A stretch of DNA of 53,393 nt from Candidatus Geohabitans tengchongensis (GCA_031459625.1 JAVKIH010000013.1:23009-76401), one strand, 5' to 3'; numbered from the stretch's first letter, positions 25,756 to 35,261 are shown. Numbers and translations: made by a program. Notes: generated from the letters alone by a model not told the origin.

Positions 25756-26954
25756 CGCTGGCCGGGGGGGCCGTCCCGCCGGCGGCCATCGTGAACATCG
25801 GGACGGTGGTCACGGGGGAGCTCGACCGCCCCCTGCTGGAGGCGGACACCGTCCTGCTGCGCGGGGGGCGCATCGCCGCCGTCGGGACACGCGACCAGGT
25901 GGACGTCGGCGAGGCCGCCGTCGTGGTCGACGCCGCCGGGGCCACGCTGGCTCCGGGGCTGATCGACTCCCACTGCCACGTCGTCATCGGGGACTACACG
26001 CCGCGCCAGAAGACGGTGGACTTCCTGGAGAGCTACGTGCACGGAGGCATCACGCGCTGCATCTCGCCCAGCGAGGTGCACGCCCCGGGACGCCCGCGCG
26101 ACCCGGCGGGCGTGAAGGCCCTCGCCCTGGCGGCCCAGCGCTGCTTCCGCGACTTCCGCCCGGGCGGCATGACGGTGCACGCCGGCTGCCTCATCCTGGA
26201 ACCGGGGCTGGAAGAGCGCGACTTCGCCGAGCTCGCCCGGGAGGGCGTCTGGCTGGCCAAGGCCGGGTTCGGCGCCTTCGCCCGCCCGCGCGACTGCGCG
26301 CCTCTCGTCCGCTGGGCCCAGCGGCACGGGTTCGTGGTGATGTGCCACAGCGGGGGCGCCTCCATCCCCGGCTCCTCCCCAGTGACGGCCGACGACCTGC
26401 TGGCCATGCAGCCGGACGTCAGCGGTCACGTGAACGGCGGCCCGACGGCCATGGCCGACGAGGACGTGGAGCGGGTGATCACAGAGAGCACGATGGCCCT
26501 GCAGGTGGTCCAGGCGGGAAACCTGCGCTCGGCCCTCCACGTGGTGCGCCGTGCCGCGGAGACGGGCAACCTCCACCGCCTGCTCATCGCCAGCGACACG
26601 CCGACGGGGACGGGGGTGATGCCGCTGGCGGTGCTGAAGTCAGCGGCGGAGCTCGTGTCGCTGGCCCCGCTGGCGCCCGCGGTGGCGCTGGCCGCAGCGA
26701 CGGGGAACGTGGGGCGGGTCTACCGGCTGGACGCCGGGATCGTCGCCCCCGGCCGCCCTGCGGACCTGGTGCTCCTCGACGCCCCGCTGGGCGGGCACGG
26801 GCGGGATGCCCTGGACGCGCTCGCCCGCGGCGACATCCCGGCAGTGGCCGCCGTCATCACGCAGGGGGTGCTGCGCGTGCTCGCCAGCCGGAACACGCCC
26901 CCGCCTGTGCGCCCCGTCCGGGTGGTCCGGGGGAGCGCCACGGCGCCCGCGTGA
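25752..26954 (+). CDS. enamidase-like amidohydrolase
   Basis: NIGTVVTG, PGLIDSHCH..GDYTPRQ, H.PGRP.D..G.KALA, HSGGASIPGS, HVNGGPTA, SDTPTGTG, SRNTPP. Confidence 0.88.
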   Translation: MTLAGGAVPPAAIVNIGTVVTGELDRPLLEADTVLLRGGRIAAVGTRDQVDVGEAAVVVDAAGATLAPGLIDSHCHVVIGDYTPRQKTVDFLESYVHGGITRCISPSEVHAPGRPRDPAGVKALALAAQRCFRDFRPGGMTVHAGCLILEPGLEERDFAELAREGVWLAKAGFGAFARPRDCAPLVRWAQRHGFVVMCHSGGASIPGSSPVTADDLLAMQPDVSGHVNGGPTAMADEDVERVITESTMALQVVQAGNLRSALHVVRRAAETGNLHRLLIASDTPTGTGVMPLAVLKSAAELVSLAPLAPAVALAAATGNVGRVYRLDAGIVAPGRPADLVLLDAPLGGHGRDALDALARGDIPAVAAVITQGVLRVLASRNTPPPVRPVRVVRGSATAPA

Positions 26955-26956
26955 GC

Positions 26957-29314
26957 ATGTCCGGGCAGCCGCGCGCGCTGTCGCACGCGTCCCCGCCGGC
27001 CGAGCACCTCCCGCTCCTCACCGGCCGGGGTCGGTTCATCGGCGACCTGGTCCTGCCGGGGATGGTGCACGTGGCCCTCCTGCGCAGCCCGCACGCCCAC
27101 GCCCGCATCGCCCGACTGGATACGCGCGCCGCCGCCCGCGCCCCGGGCGTGGTGGCGGTCGTCACCGCCGCCGACCTGGGCCCGGCCAACCGCCCCCTGC
27201 CGCCACGCGTCCCGCACCCGGCGCTCACCGACCCGCGCGGGCCGCGACCGCTGGCCGAGGGCGTCGTCCGCCACGTGGGCGAGGCCGTGGCCGCCGTGGT
27301 GGCGGAGTCGGCGGCCGCCGCCGCAGACGCCCTGGAGCGCGTCGCGGTCACTTACGAGGCCCTGCCGGCCGCCGCCGACGTGGAGGCGGCCCTGCACCCC
27401 GACGCCCCCCGCGTGCACGCCGACCGCCCGGACAACGTGGCGGCGCGCTGGACGACGGCCGCCGGCGACGTCGGAGCGATCCTGCGGGAGGCCCCGGTCG
27501 TGGTCCGGCTGCGGCTGGAGATCGCCCGTGGCCACGGCCAGCCCCTCGAGCCGCGCGGAGTGGTGGCGGTGTGGGACGAGACGGCACAGGTCCTCACCCT
27601 CTGGTCCTCCACGCAGGCACCCTACGCCGTCCGCGACGTGGTGGCGGCCGCGCTGGGATTGGCGCCCGGGCAGGTCCGGGTGCGCGTCCCCGACGTGGGC
27701 GGCGGCTTCGGCCTCAAGGGCGCACCCTACCCGGAGGAGGTGCTGGTGGCCTGGCTGGCCCGGCACCTGTGCCGGCCGGTGCGCTGGCTGGAAGGGCGGG
27801 CCGAGTCCTTTGTCGCCTCGGTGCAGGACCGCCGGCAGGTGCACGAGGTGGCCGTGGGCGCCGACCGGGAGGGACGGGTGCTGGCGCTCGACCACCGCTT
27901 CCTGCTCGACGTGGGCGCTTATCTGCCCTTCGGCATCCCCGTGGGGGCAAACCTGCAGAGCCACGTGCCCGGTCCCTACGCCATCCCCCACCTGCGCACC
28001 GAGCTGGTGGCCGTCTACACCCACTGCACCCCCACCGGCCCGTGGCGCGGCGCGGGACGGCCTCAGGCCAACTTCGTGGTGGAACGGGCGCTCGACCAGG
28101 TGGCGCGCTGCCTGGGCCTCGATCCCGTCGCGGTGCGCCGCCGCAACCTGATCCGTCCCGCGCAGATGCCCTACGCCACCGGCCTGCGCCTGGCCACCGG
28201 CACGCCCGTGGTCTACGACAGCGGGGACTACCCCGCGCTGCTCGACCGCGTGCTCCAGCTCTTCCGGTACGAGGAGCGCCGCCGCTGGCAGGCGGCGGCA
28301 CGGGCGGCCGGGCGCGCCTGCGGCCTTGGCGTGGTCTGTGGCATCGAGGCGAGCGGCGGTGGCGGGGTGGAGGGCGCGGCGGTCCGCGTGGAGCCCGACG
28401 GCACGGTGCGGGTGGCCGTGGGCAGCCCGGCGCAGGGGCAGGCCCACCGCACGGCGCTCGGCCGCCTGGTGGCCCAGGTCCTGGGTGTCCGCCCCGAGGC
28501 GGTGATCGTCGAGGGCGGCGACACCGCCCTGCTGCCGAAGGGTTCGGGGACCTTCGGGAGCCGCACGCTCGTCGTCGCCGGCACCGCCGCCGCGGAGGCG
28601 GCGCGGGCGGTGCGCAGGCGCGCGCTGGGCCGGGCCGCCCGGCGCCTCCGCGTGGGCCCCGCCGACCTCGAGACCGTCGACGGCGCCATCCGGGTGCGCG
28701 GGGCACCGCAGCGCACCGTCACCTGGGCGACCGTGGCGGCGGACGGGGAGGAACCGCTCCAGGCCACGCACCTCTTCACCCCGCCCGGCCCGGTCTGGAG
28801 CAGCGGCGCGGCGGCGTGTGCGGTGGAGCTCGACCGTGAGACCGGCGAGGTACGGGTCGAGGCGTACGTCTTCGTCCACGACTGCGGCGTGGTCCTCAAC
28901 CCCGACCTGGTGGAGGGGCAGGTGCTGGGAGCGATCGTGAACGGGCTGGGCAACGTCCTCTGCGAGCACCTGGTCTACGACGCGCAGGGGCAGTTGCTCA
29001 CGGCCACGCTCATGGACTACGGCCTCCCCCGGGCGGCGCGGCAGCCGCCGATCCGTCTGGGCCACCAGGAGACGCCCTCGCCCGCCAACCCGCTGGGCGT
29101 CAAGGGGGTAGGGGAGAGCGGCATCATCACCGTCGCCAGCGCCCTGGCCCAGGCGGTGGAGGACGCCGTCGACGACCCGGCCCTGGTCGTGACGGCCGTG
29201 CCCATCCTGCCCTGGCAGGTGCTGCGCTGGTTGGCCGGCCGGTCCGGTCCCTGCGGCCCCGGCGGGGAACGGTCCGGGCCCAGTGCGCCCCCAGGCCCCG
29301 ACTTCGTGCGGTAG
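26957..29314 (+). CDS. xanthine dehydrogenase family molybdopterin-binding large subunit
   Basis: RSPHAHARI, PDVGGGFGLK, WRGAGRPQ, YDSGDY, GTFGSR, KGVGESG. Confidence 0.93.
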   Translation: MSGQPRALSHASPPAEHLPLLTGRGRFIGDLVLPGMVHVALLRSPHAHARIARLDTRAAARAPGVVAVVTAADLGPANRPLPPRVPHPALTDPRGPRPLAEGVVRHVGEAVAAVVAESAAAAADALERVAVTYEALPAAADVEAALHPDAPRVHADRPDNVAARWTTAAGDVGAILREAPVVVRLRLEIARGHGQPLEPRGVVAVWDETAQVLTLWSSTQAPYAVRDVVAAALGLAPGQVRVRVPDVGGGFGLKGAPYPEEVLVAWLARHLCRPVRWLEGRAESFVASVQDRRQVHEVAVGADREGRVLALDHRFLLDVGAYLPFGIPVGANLQSHVPGPYAIPHLRTELVAVYTHCTPTGPWRGAGRPQANFVVERALDQVARCLGLDPVAVRRRNLIRPAQMPYATGLRLATGTPVVYDSGDYPALLDRVLQLFRYEERRRWQAAARAAGRACGLGVVCGIEASGGGGVEGAAVRVEPDGTVRVAVGSPAQGQAHRTALGRLVAQVLGVRPEAVIVEGGDTALLPKGSGTFGSRTLVVAGTAAAEAARAVRRRALGRAARRLRVGPADLETVDGAIRVRGAPQRTVTWATVAADGEEPLQATHLFTPPGPVWSSGAAACAVELDRETGEVRVEAYVFVHDCGVVLNPDLVEGQVLGAIVNGLGNVLCEHLVYDAQGQLLTATLMDYGLPRAARQPPIRLGHQETPSPANPLGVKGVGESGIITVASALAQAVEDAVDDPALVVTAVPILPWQVLRWLAGRSGPCGPGGERSGPSAPPGPDFVR

Positions 29315-29425
29315 GCCTCGACCCCCGGGCTCGCGGAGCAGGCTGTCTCAACGGCGATCTCCGTGGGGACACCCCGTGCATCCGGGCCGTTGGCGTGCCA
29401 TGGTTGAGACAGGGAGGTGGGAGCG

Positions 29426-30103
29426 ATGCCTCAGCCGGCGCTGGTGCGGTCGGTCACGCTCCCGGCCGGCGGGGTCACGCTGGCGGGAGACCTCGCCCTC
29501 CCGGAGGATCCCAAGGGAGTCGTCCTCTTCGTGCACGGCAGCGGCAGCAGCCGCCACAGCCCCCGCAACCGCTTCGTCGCCGAACGCCTCCAGGCGGTGG
29601 GGCTGGCCACCCTGCTCTTCGACCTCCTTACCGAGGAGGAGGAAGCGGTCGACCTCCGCACGGCCCACCTGCGCTTCGACATCGACCTGCTCACCCGCCG
29701 GGTGCTGGACGCGCTGGCCTGGGCGGGCCGCCAGCCGGAGACGGGCCCGCTGCGCGTGGGGCTCTTCGGGGCGAGCACGGGTGCGGCGGCCGCGCTGGTG
29801 GCCGCGGCGGAGCGGCCCGGTGCCGTGGCCGCCGTCGTCTCCCGGGGCGGGCGGCCGGACCTGGCAGGGGAGGCGGTCCTGCGGCGCGTGCGCGCCCCCA
29901 CGCTGCTGATCGTGGGCGAGCGGGACGCACCGGTGCTCGCGCTCAACCGCGAGGCGCTGGCGATCCTGGGCGGGGAGAAGGCCCTCGAGATCGTGCCGGG
30001 GGCGACGCACCTCTTCGAGGAACCGGGCGCGCTGGAGGAGGTGGCGCGCCTGGCGGCCGACTGGTTCGTCCGCCACCTGAGCACGCCACCTCCCCTGGCC
30101 TGA
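29426..30103 (+). CDS. dienelactone hydrolase-like alpha/beta hydrolase
   Basis: HGSGSSRHSPRN, FGASTGAAAA, SRGGRPDLA, GATHLFEE. Confidence 0.9.
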   Translation: MPQPALVRSVTLPAGGVTLAGDLALPEDPKGVVLFVHGSGSSRHSPRNRFVAERLQAVGLATLLFDLLTEEEEAVDLRTAHLRFDIDLLTRRVLDALAWAGRQPETGPLRVGLFGASTGAAAALVAAAERPGAVAAVVSRGGRPDLAGEAVLRRVRAPTLLIVGERDAPVLALNREALAILGGEKALEIVPGATHLFEEPGALEEVARLAADWFVRHLSTPPPLA

Positions 30104-30267
30104 CGGCGCGGTTGTGACGCCAGCGCCGGTGCGTGACCAGCCGCCGGTCCAGGCTCTGCTCGCGGGCGCGGTGGTCCACGGCGTAGAGGATGGCCCGCGT
30201 GCGGCCACCTCGGGCTGGAAGCTCGGCGGCACCGGCTGCGCCCGGTGGAGCAGACGGCTCTTGCGCG

Positions 30268-31452
30268 TCAGCGCGCCGCCACCCGGTAGACCGCGCCGCC
30301 GTGGTGCACCAGGTACAGCTCGCCGGACTGGTCCTCGCCGAACGAGGAGATGTTCACCGCCTGCTGGTGGAGGAGGGTCATGGCCCACCCATTGCCTTCC
30401 GGCCGCAGGCCCCAGATGCGCCCGCTGCAGTAGTCCCCAAAGACGTACCAGCCGCGCAGGGCGGCGAAGGCCGTGCCGCGGTAGACGAACCCCCCGGTGA
30501 CGGCGCAGCCCCAGGCGTGGGTCTCGTACTCGGCGATGGGCAGCTCCAGCCCCGTCCGGTCGCACCCGGAGGGCGGGTTGAAGCACAGCGACCCCTCCAT
30601 GATGCGCCAGCCGTAGTTGCCGCCCGGGCGGATCAGGTCGATCTCCTCCCGCGCCCCCTGCCCCACGTCGCCCAGGAAGAGGCGTCCGTCGCAGCGGTCG
30701 AAGCTGAAGCGCCACGGGTTGCGCAGGCCGTAGGCGTAGATCTCCCCGCGCGCCCCGGCCCGCCCCACCAACGGGTTGCCGCGCGGGATGGCGTAGGGGG
30801 TGCCGGCGTCGACGTCGATGCGCAGGAGCTTGCCCAGCAGGTCCCCCAGGTTCTGCGCGCGGTTCTGGGGATCGCCGGCGCTGCCGCCGTCGCCCAGCCC
30901 GATGTAGAGGAAGCCGTCGGGCCCGAAGAGGTTCAACCCCCCGTTGTGGTTGCTGTAGGGCTGGGGGACGACCAGCACCTCACGGGCGCTGGTGGGGTCG
31001 GCCACGTCGGGATGGCCGGAGGAGACCCGGTACTCGGCGATCACGGAGGCGCCGTCCGGCCGGCGCGTGTAGTTCACGAAGAAGCGCCCGGTGGTGGCGT
31101 AGCGCGGGTGGAAGGCCACGCTCAGCAGGCCCTGCTCCCCGCCGGCGAGCACGAGGCTGCGGATGTCGAGGAAGGGCGTGGACAGCACCGTCCCGCCGCG
31201 AACGATGCGGATGCGGCCGGGTTGCTCCACGACGAAGAGGCGGCCCGACCCGTCCCCGGCGTGGGTGAGGTGGACGGGCTGGTCGAGCCCCGTGGTAACG
31301 AGCTGCAGGCTCAGCGTCGGCGGGGTGGCACCCGGAACGGGACAGGTGACCGGGGCAGCGAGCGGTGGGACTGACTGCACACACCCGGCGAGGAGGACGG
31401 CCATGAGCAGTCGTGCCCCCCGCCCGGCCGTCGTGGCCCTGCGACGGCGCAT
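30268..31452 (-). CDS. PQQ-dependent sugar dehydrogenase (GSDH family), probable lipoprotein
   Basis: LAGC lipobox, GEQGLLSVAFHP, NHNGG..FGPDG.LY..GDGG, AYGLRNPWR, ISSFGED. Confidence 0.93.
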   Translation of the reverse strand: MRRRRATTAGRGARLLMAVLLAGCVQSVPPLAAPVTCPVPGATPPTLSLQLVTTGLDQPVHLTHAGDGSGRLFVVEQPGRIRIVRGGTVLSTPFLDIRSLVLAGGEQGLLSVAFHPRYATTGRFFVNYTRRPDGASVIAEYRVSSGHPDVADPTSAREVLVVPQPYSNHNGGLNLFGPDGFLYIGLGDGGSAGDPQNRAQNLGDLLGKLLRIDVDAGTPYAIPRGNPLVGRAGARGEIYAYGLRNPWRFSFDRCDGRLFLGDVGQGAREEIDLIRPGGNYGWRIMEGSLCFNPPSGCDRTGLELPIAEYETHAWGCAVTGGFVYRGTAFAALRGWYVFGDYCSGRIWGLRPEGNGWAMTLLHQQAVNISSFGEDQSGELYLVHHGGAVYRVAAR

Positions 31453-31487
31453 GGAGGCCGGGCCACGGGGGTAGGCGGCGGTGGGGC

Positions 31488-31877
31488 CTATCGGCTGACC
31501 TCGGGGCCGTCCTCCAGCCACTCCGTGGGATAGGTCGCCGTGCGCGGGACGACGCAGAGGAACTCCACCGGCTCGTCCGTGGGGTTCTCGTACCAGTGCG
31601 CCGCCCCGGCGGGGATGAAGATGGCCTGGCCCGGCCCGACCTCGCGCACCTCGTCGTCGATGCCGACGCGCATGCGGCCCGAGAGGACGTACTGCTCGTG
31701 CTCGATGGTGGGATGGCGGTGGGCCGGGATGCGCCCGCCCGGCGCCAGGGTGAAGACACGCGTGACGAAGTGCGGCGCCCCGTCGTCGGGCCCGATGAGG
31801 ACGCGCATCTGCGCCCCCCGCGCGCGTTCCACCGGCCGGGGTTCCACGTCGCGCGCCGTGCGCACCACTCCGCCCAC
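31488..31877 (-). CDS. cupin domain protein
   Basis: PGG.IP.HRH..EHEQYVL.G; FIPAGAAHWY.N; TATACT 6 nt upstream of the GTG. Confidence 0.9.
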   Translation of the reverse strand: MGGVVRTARDVEPRPVERARGAQMRVLIGPDDGAPHFVTRVFTLAPGGRIPAHRHPTIEHEQYVLSGRMRVGIDDEVREVGPGQAIFIPAGAAHWYENPTDEPVEFLCVVPRTATYPTEWLEDGPEVSR

Positions 31878-31934
31878 GGCTTCAGTATACGCGGAGGAGC
31901 CTTCGGCCGGTCCCCGGACCGGGGCGTGGGCGCC

Positions 31935-32606
31935 TCATGCCGTCAGGAAGCGCAGCCCGGAGATGACGAAGTAGACGCTCACGGCCAGGACGAAGAGTCC
32001 GGCCACGCCCACCACCACCCGGTAGACCGCCGGCGGGATGCGCCCGCGGCCGGTCCCGACCAGGGTGGCCAGCAGGGTGTTCCACCCCAGGTCGAGGGCC
32101 AGGTGCCCGATAAAGAAGAAGAGGAAGATGGCCAGCGGGCCGAAGCGGGTGAAGAGCAGGAAGTAGCTCGTCCCCACCGTCGCCCACCACAGCAGCCAGT
32201 AGGGGTTCCCGGCGGTGACCACCAGCCCGGCGCGGACGAGGTGGGCGGGGCCGGCGCGGGACGCCGTCTCCCCCGCGGCCTCGCCGGCCGTGGCGGGATG
32301 TGCGACCACTTCGCCCCGCAGCGCCGCCCGCAGGATGCCCCACCCCATCCAGGCCAGCACCACACCGCCGAGCAGGCCCACCACCCCGACGACGCCCGGC
32401 TGCCGCAGCACGGTGCTCACCCCGGCGGCCAGCGCCCCCAGCATCGCCCCCTCGGCGAGGGCGTGGCCGGCGGTGAGGAGCGGCCCCGCCGCAGGCCCGC
32501 GCCGTGCCCCCTCGGTGATGGCCATGGCGGAGACCGGGCCCGGCATGAGGACGCCGGAGAGGCTCACCATCCACCACGTCAGCGAGATCACCCACAACTC
32601 GGCCAC
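31935..32606 (-). CDS. LysE family translocator
   Basis: SGVLMPGP, GHAL.E, NPYWLLWWATVG; hydrophobic. Confidence 0.9.
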   Translation of the reverse strand: MAELWVISLTWWMVSLSGVLMPGPVSAMAITEGARRGPAAGPLLTAGHALAEGAMLGALAAGVSTVLRQPGVVGVVGLLGGVVLAWMGWGILRAALRGEVVAHPATAGEAAGETASRAGPAHLVRAGLVVTAGNPYWLLWWATVGTSYFLLFTRFGPLAIFLFFFIGHLALDLGWNTLLATLVGTGRGRIPPAVYRVVVGVAGLFVLAVSVYFVISGLRFLTA

Positions 32607-32707
32607 GCTGGCGGTCCCTCCACGGGCAGGATACGCTCTACTGTAGCAGCCCGGAGGGGTCGCAGGAGGGAGCGACGGCAGCGGGCCGCGGGTCCCGGGA
32701 GGTGGCG

Positions 32708-33157
32708 ATGGCGGGGGAGATCGGACCGATCCGCCTCAAGCGTGTCTACGAGCCGGCCGCGCCGGAGGACGGCGCGCGCTTCCTCGTGGAGCGCCTCTGG
32801 CCCCGGGGCGTGCGCCGCGACGCGCTGCCCCTCACCGACTGGCTGCGCGACGTGGCGCCCAGTCCCGCGCTGCGCCAGTGGTACGGCCACGATCCCGCGC
32901 GCTGGCCCGAGTTCCGGCGCCGCTACCTGGCCGAGCTGCGCGCCCCCGGGCGCGCCGCCGCCCTGCGTCGCCTGGAGGAGGCGGCTCGCGCCGGGCCGGT
33001 CACGCTCCTCTTCGCGGCGCGCGACGAGGCCCGCAGCAGCGCCGCGGTCCTGCGGGAGGTGCTCCTGCGCCGGCTCAGGTTGCGGGCGCGAGCCGGCCGC
33101 GCGCCAGCAGCGCCAGCACGAGCACGGCCGCCGCGGCCAGCGCGGCCACGGCGCTGA
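32708..33157 (+). CDS. DUF488 family protein
   Basis: IRLKRVYE...DG.RFLVERLWPRG, WLRDVAPS..LR.WYGHDP. Confidence 0.9.
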   Translation: MAGEIGPIRLKRVYEPAAPEDGARFLVERLWPRGVRRDALPLTDWLRDVAPSPALRQWYGHDPARWPEFRRRYLAELRAPGRAAALRRLEEAARAGPVTLLFAARDEARSSAAVLREVLLRRLRLRARAGRAPAAPARARPPRPARPRR

Positions 33158-33998
33158 CCTCCTGCTCCTGCCGGGTCCACCCCAGCGTCCCGGCGAGCGA
33201 CCGGTAGATGGCCCGCAGGTCGCGGGCGCTGGCGGCGTGCCAGTACCGCCCGCCGGTCAGTTCCGCCACCGCGCGCAGCGTCTCCTCGTCCAGCACGCCC
33301 CAGTAGCCGCTGCGGAAGCGCGAGGGATCGCCGCCCGTCCCCATGCCGATGGTGTAGACGCGCACCCGCGCCGCCCGGGCCTGCTGCGCCGCCACGAGCG
33401 GCGGGACGCCGTCGCTGGCCCGCCCGTCCGAGAGGAGGACGACCACCGCCCGCGGGTCGGCGTCCCGCGGGGCGTCGGCCACCGCCCGCACCCCTTCGAG
33501 CAGCCCGTTGCCCAGTTGCGTGCGCAGCTGGGTGGTCAGCGCGGCCAGGGCGGCGAGCAGCCGCGGCCGGTCCCGGGTCGGCGGCACGACCAGCGTGGCG
33601 TAGTTCCCGAAGGTGACGAGGGCCACGGGGGTGGAGGGGGGCAGGCGGCGCACGAACTCCGCCGCCGCCGCCTTGGCCGCCTCGAGCCGGGTGGGCGGGA
33701 TGTCGGTCTCCTCCATGCTGCGGCTGACGTCGATGACCAGCACCACCGGGCGGGTCGACGCGACCGGCCACGGCGCCACCGGGCGCGCCGCCGCGACCAG
33801 GGCCATGACCAGCGCTGCGCCGAAGAGCGCCGGCGGCAGGTGGCGCCGCCACCCGGCCGCCCGCGCCGCCAGCGCGGCGGTGGTCGCGGGGGGGAAGCGT
33901 ACGGGGTGGCGGGGGCGGTGCAGCGCCCGCACGTACGCCGTCAGGAGGAGCGGCAGGCCGAGCGCGCCCCAGAGGACGCCGGGCCAGAGGAAGCGCAT
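33075..33998 (-). CDS. VWA domain membrane protein (BatA-like)
   Basis: N-terminal TM, DVSRSM MIDAS, LLSDG, VYTIG.G, C-terminal TM; GGAGG SD. Confidence 0.88.
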   Translation of the reverse strand: MRFLWPGVLWGALGLPLLLTAYVRALHRPRHPVRFPPATTAALAARAAGWRRHLPPALFGAALVMALVAAARPVAPWPVASTRPVVLVIDVSRSMEETDIPPTRLEAAKAAAAEFVRRLPPSTPVALVTFGNYATLVVPPTRDRPRLLAALAALTTQLRTQLGNGLLEGVRAVADAPRDADPRAVVVLLSDGRASDGVPPLVAAQQARAARVRVYTIGMGTGGDPSRFRSGYWGVLDEETLRAVAELTGGRYWHAASARDLRAIYRSLAGTLGWTRQEQEVSAVAALAAAAVLVLALLARGRLAPAT

Positions 33999-35251
33999 GC
34001 GCGGGGTGCCTCCTGTGGACTCCATTCTAGGGGAGGACGCGGGCGGATGCCGGTGACCTTGCGGACCAACCGGGCCCGCCGCCGGTGGAGGCGCTCCAGG
34101 ACCGGTGCGTCGACCGGCCCGTCCGCCGCGCCGGATGCGGCGACGGCCGCCTCGGCGCAGGCCAGCGCCTGCCGCAGGTCCCGCCCGTACCGCTCCCAGG
34201 ACACGGCCAGACGTTCCAGGCACCGCCACCGCGGCAGGATGCCCAGGGCGGCTTCGCGCTGCCACAGCGCGAGCAGCGCGTCCGGCGCCCCCGCGCGGCG
34301 GTAGAGCCGCGCCAGCGCGCACGCTGTGCGCCAACGCCGCGCAGGGTCCTGCTCGACACGCAGCACCTCCCGGTAGCAGGCCGCCGCACCGACGGAGTCT
34401 CCCCGCACCTCCCGCAGGCGGCCCAGTCCCCAGAGGTCCACAGGCACCGCCGCCACCCCCGCGGCCTCGCCGGTCGCGGCGCGGATGGTCCCCGTGCCCT
34501 CCGGGCGGACGGTCCCCGGGCCGTCCGCCACGAGCGCGCCGGCCAGGCCGTGGAGCGCCATCAGGGAGAGGAGGTCCTGCAGGTTGTGGGTGAAGACGGG
34601 CTCGAGCCCCGCCCGGTCGCCGGTGCGCAGGTACTCGACGTAGCGGGCGGGGATGGCCCACCCCGGGAGGTCCCCCTGGCGGCGCACCCCCAGCACGGCA
34701 CGCTCCACCATCCCCAGGCTGAACCCGCCCAGCGGGCGGTACCACAGGCGCCGGGCCACCGTCATCAGGTCGAGGTGGGCCGGCGGTGCCGGTCCGCGCC
34801 CCGCGCGGGCCAGGAGGTACCGCGTCGTGAGCAGCGGCAGGTCGAAGCGGGTGCCGTTGAAGGTGATGAGCCCGTCCGCATCGCCCAGCTCCACGGCCAG
34901 CCCCTCGAGCATGGCCCGCTCGCCGCGCAGGTCGGCGAGGAAGTGCTGGCGCACGGTGACCGCGTCGTCGTCGAGGCGGGCCAGGCCCACGAGGAAGACG
35001 TAAGTGCCGGTGCCCCCGCTCAACCCGGTGGTCTCGGTGTCCAGCCAGAGGAGGCGCTCTCCGGGCGGTCCCAGGGCACGGCCGACCCGCGCGGCCGCAC
35101 CCGGCGGCCAGTCGCCGTCACCCTGCGTCGCAGGGAGGCGCCGGCACCGCACCTCGTACCCGGGGGCCACGACCTGTACGCGCTCACCCCCCGCGGGAGG
35201 GCGCGGGGCGACGTCCGCCGTACGGGCCAGGGTCGGGTCCGTCGGGTGCAC
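33941..35251 (-). CDS. mrfB: RNase H-like DEDDh exonuclease with C-terminal helical repeats (YprB/MrfB-like)
   Basis: LDTETTGLSGGTGT..FLVG, TFNG..FD.PLL..R, HLDL, HN..D; directly downstream of the DUF1998 helicase; start uncertain. Confidence 0.82.
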   Translation of the reverse strand: MHPTDPTLARTADVAPRPPAGGERVQVVAPGYEVRCRRLPATQGDGDWPPGAAARVGRALGPPGERLLWLDTETTGLSGGTGTYVFLVGLARLDDDAVTVRQHFLADLRGERAMLEGLAVELGDADGLITFNGTRFDLPLLTTRYLLARAGRGPAPPAHLDLMTVARRLWYRPLGGFSLGMVERAVLGVRRQGDLPGWAIPARYVEYLRTGDRAGLEPVFTHNLQDLLSLMALHGLAGALVADGPGTVRPEGTGTIRAATGEAAGVAAVPVDLWGLGRLREVRGDSVGAAACYREVLRVEQDPARRWRTACALARLYRRAGAPDALLALWQREAALGILPRWRCLERLAVSWERYGRDLRQALACAEAAVAASGAADGPVDAPVLERLHRRRARLVRKVTGIRPRPPLEWSPQEAPRACASSGPASSGARSACRSS

Positions 35252-35261
35252 GGCGCCGCGC

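Noticed and set aside
25703..29314. 1203-aa ORF, and a CO dehydrogenase call
   Set aside because: The first ~415 codons shadow the enamidase gene, and the form I CoxL AYxCSFR motif is absent.
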